From positions 83,576,001-83,640,000 of the forward strand of contig OX597826.1 in NCBI GenBank assembly GCA_951406725.2: a DNA stretch of 64,000 nucleotides. Reading direction: 5' to 3'. Positions 62,450 to 64,000 of the stretch are shown piece by piece. The notes under the pieces are model-generated. The model made no database searches and was not told the DNA's origin. It was given only the letters and a program-made list of their open reading frames with translations. How positions within the stretch are numbered: the first letter of the stretch is position 1; each line of letters starts with the position of its first letter. The position numbers and the translations under genes are program-made. The stretch is from Octopus vulgaris (lineage: Eukaryota).

Positions 62450-63445
62450 TATTTGATAAAATCAGTAAATATTTTTATGAGCTACTAATAGTTTCATTCG
62501 ATGGAGACTACTAAAACAACATTTTATAACATGTCTGGTGCCTTCATGCAATCCTCAGGCTCTGCCCACAAGTTAGGATAATAGAGCAAGAAAAAATACA
62601 AGAAAAGACAAGAAGAAAGTACATGTAAAAGGTGAAAAACGAAAGGAAAAGGAAAAAGAAATAGACAAAAGAAAAAGTAAAAAGAAAAAGGTGGGATTAG
62701 AGTTATGTCTCCTTGGACCATAAAGTCATAATACTGAAGAGATAGGAGCCTAGGGTCTGCAGTACAGCTGCTCAATCCAGTGAAGGTGGTACTTTCCAAT
62801 TCACCAATAGGAACTTGTCCATATGCTTATATCCACTGAAAATTTCAGATCTGGAATTCAGCAGTGCAGTAGAGTTCTTAGTTTTGAAAGGGATCTATGA
62901 TCTTTCAGCTACACACAGCTTGCATTTTTTTGATTCATTGACATATGATGTAAATTTTCAACTATTTTCCACTTGATTGCATGCAGTGTGGCATTAGACT
63001 TCAAATTCTGCATGTGGCTAGCCAACTTAGTGGTTTTATTTTTGTCCCAGTGCCAGAAAGAAGATATGTGGTTAGCCTAGTAATTTTTTATATTGCCTTC
63101 ACATAACCCAAAGTAATTCTTCTTTTTGGTTATGTTATCATCTAGTATTGTTCTAGCTTCTACTTCATATATGATAAATTTAATTATGCACCCCTGGTTG
63201 AGTAGACAAATTCCTGGATTTCAACAGTTACACCTGGGAATAGTCTCTTGCTGATGCTTGCATGTAATAATGCTCTTCAAATTGAAGCAGCAGCTACATG
63301 ATAATTTGACCGAGTGCCTCTTGAATATTTTTCTGTACCTGTGATTTAAGGGAAAATGTTTGTCTAAGATAAACAGGTATCTTTTAATTATGTTGTTTTT
63401 AACATTAAGGGAAAGGTGTGGGCAAACCAAATTACTCTACTGGGT
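62450..63445 (-). mobile_element. Penelope-like element 3' remnant (Naiad-type): RT thumb/linker, GIY-YIG endonuclease, terminal repeat with hammerhead
   Basis: IWF..SLNVKNNI..ILDKHFP..KIFKRHSVKLSCSC...CNC*NPGICLLNQGC..IIYE...NYFGLCEG..NHISSF..IKWKIVE..KCKLCVAE..LLNSRSEIFS..KH..KF. Confidence 0.85.
62479..62562 (-). ncRNA. Type I hammerhead ribozyme motif in PLE 3' terminal region
   Basis: GAGC-CTGAGGA-(imperfect stem II ttgcatgaaggc/gtctccatcgaa)-t-GAAA-CTATTAG-TA-GCTC, with a GUA site. Confidence 0.65.
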
Positions 63446-63529
63446 CTATTTTTAGGTGTTTTTGTTACTCATATCATTACTAGGGGGGGGGGGGGCTGTG
63501 AATTAATTCATCGTTAAAGTCACTATTGG

Positions 63530-63860
63530 TCAGAGCATCACATGACCAACCAGTGCAATCTTCTTTCCTTGCACACTGCATCTAATTCCTCTTGTGCCTA
63601 TCTTCTCTCTCAATACACTAGCACTTTGTCACGCATGTACACTTAAATTACATATCCAGTAGAACATACTAGCCTCATGCCACCCCCTCACCTTCACATG
63701 TCCCCTGCATTCAGGGTTCACATCTCAACAACCATGTAGAAATGCACATGCGGAATAAAAACCTTCCTTTTCAATCAGAGAGAGAAACCTTTGGTTGCTA
63801 AGGGAGGTAACAGCTCTCTGAATTTTCTCCTACTCATTCTTATTCTAGCTATTACACACT
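63530..63860 (-). mobile_element. Decayed RTE LINE fragment
   Basis: SVIARIRMSRRKFRELLPPLATKGFSL...VQGKKIALVGHV is homologous to the 8188-8520 region. Confidence 0.75.
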
Positions 63861-63866
63861 CACACG

Positions 63867-63927
<61 letters not shown>

Positions 63928-63931
63928 ACAT

Positions 63932-63996
<65 letters not shown>

Positions 63997-64000
63997 GTCA

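Overview
Repeat-dominated, AT-rich eukaryotic non-coding DNA, probably intronic or intergenic. The mix of (TA)n/(CA)n/(GAT)n microsatellites, tRNA-derived SINEs and RTE-type LINEs points to an octopod cephalopod (inference). I recognise no intact host protein-coding gene. The long ORFs in the track come from microsatellites, a 15-bp minisatellite (8981-10476), a 45-bp minisatellite (12499-16122) or decayed transposons. Mobile elements include RTE-clade LINE fragments, mariner/Tc1/pogo remnants, two Penelope-like (PLE, Naiad-type) GIY-YIG remnants, a HERO-like 3' end, SINEs and MITEs. The main signal the ORF track misses is a dense set of type I hammerhead ribozyme motifs from several unrelated families. 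Most have a palindromic stem III, sit in (TA)n tracts, and often lie in divergent fold-back structures. The clearest case is a young, ORF-less 534-bp unit with a canonical hammerhead, present as 1.4 circularly permuted tandem copies plus one inverted copy (53466-54766). This is a candidate retrozyme or non-autonomous PLE with a circular RNA intermediate. All folding and alignment was done by eye.
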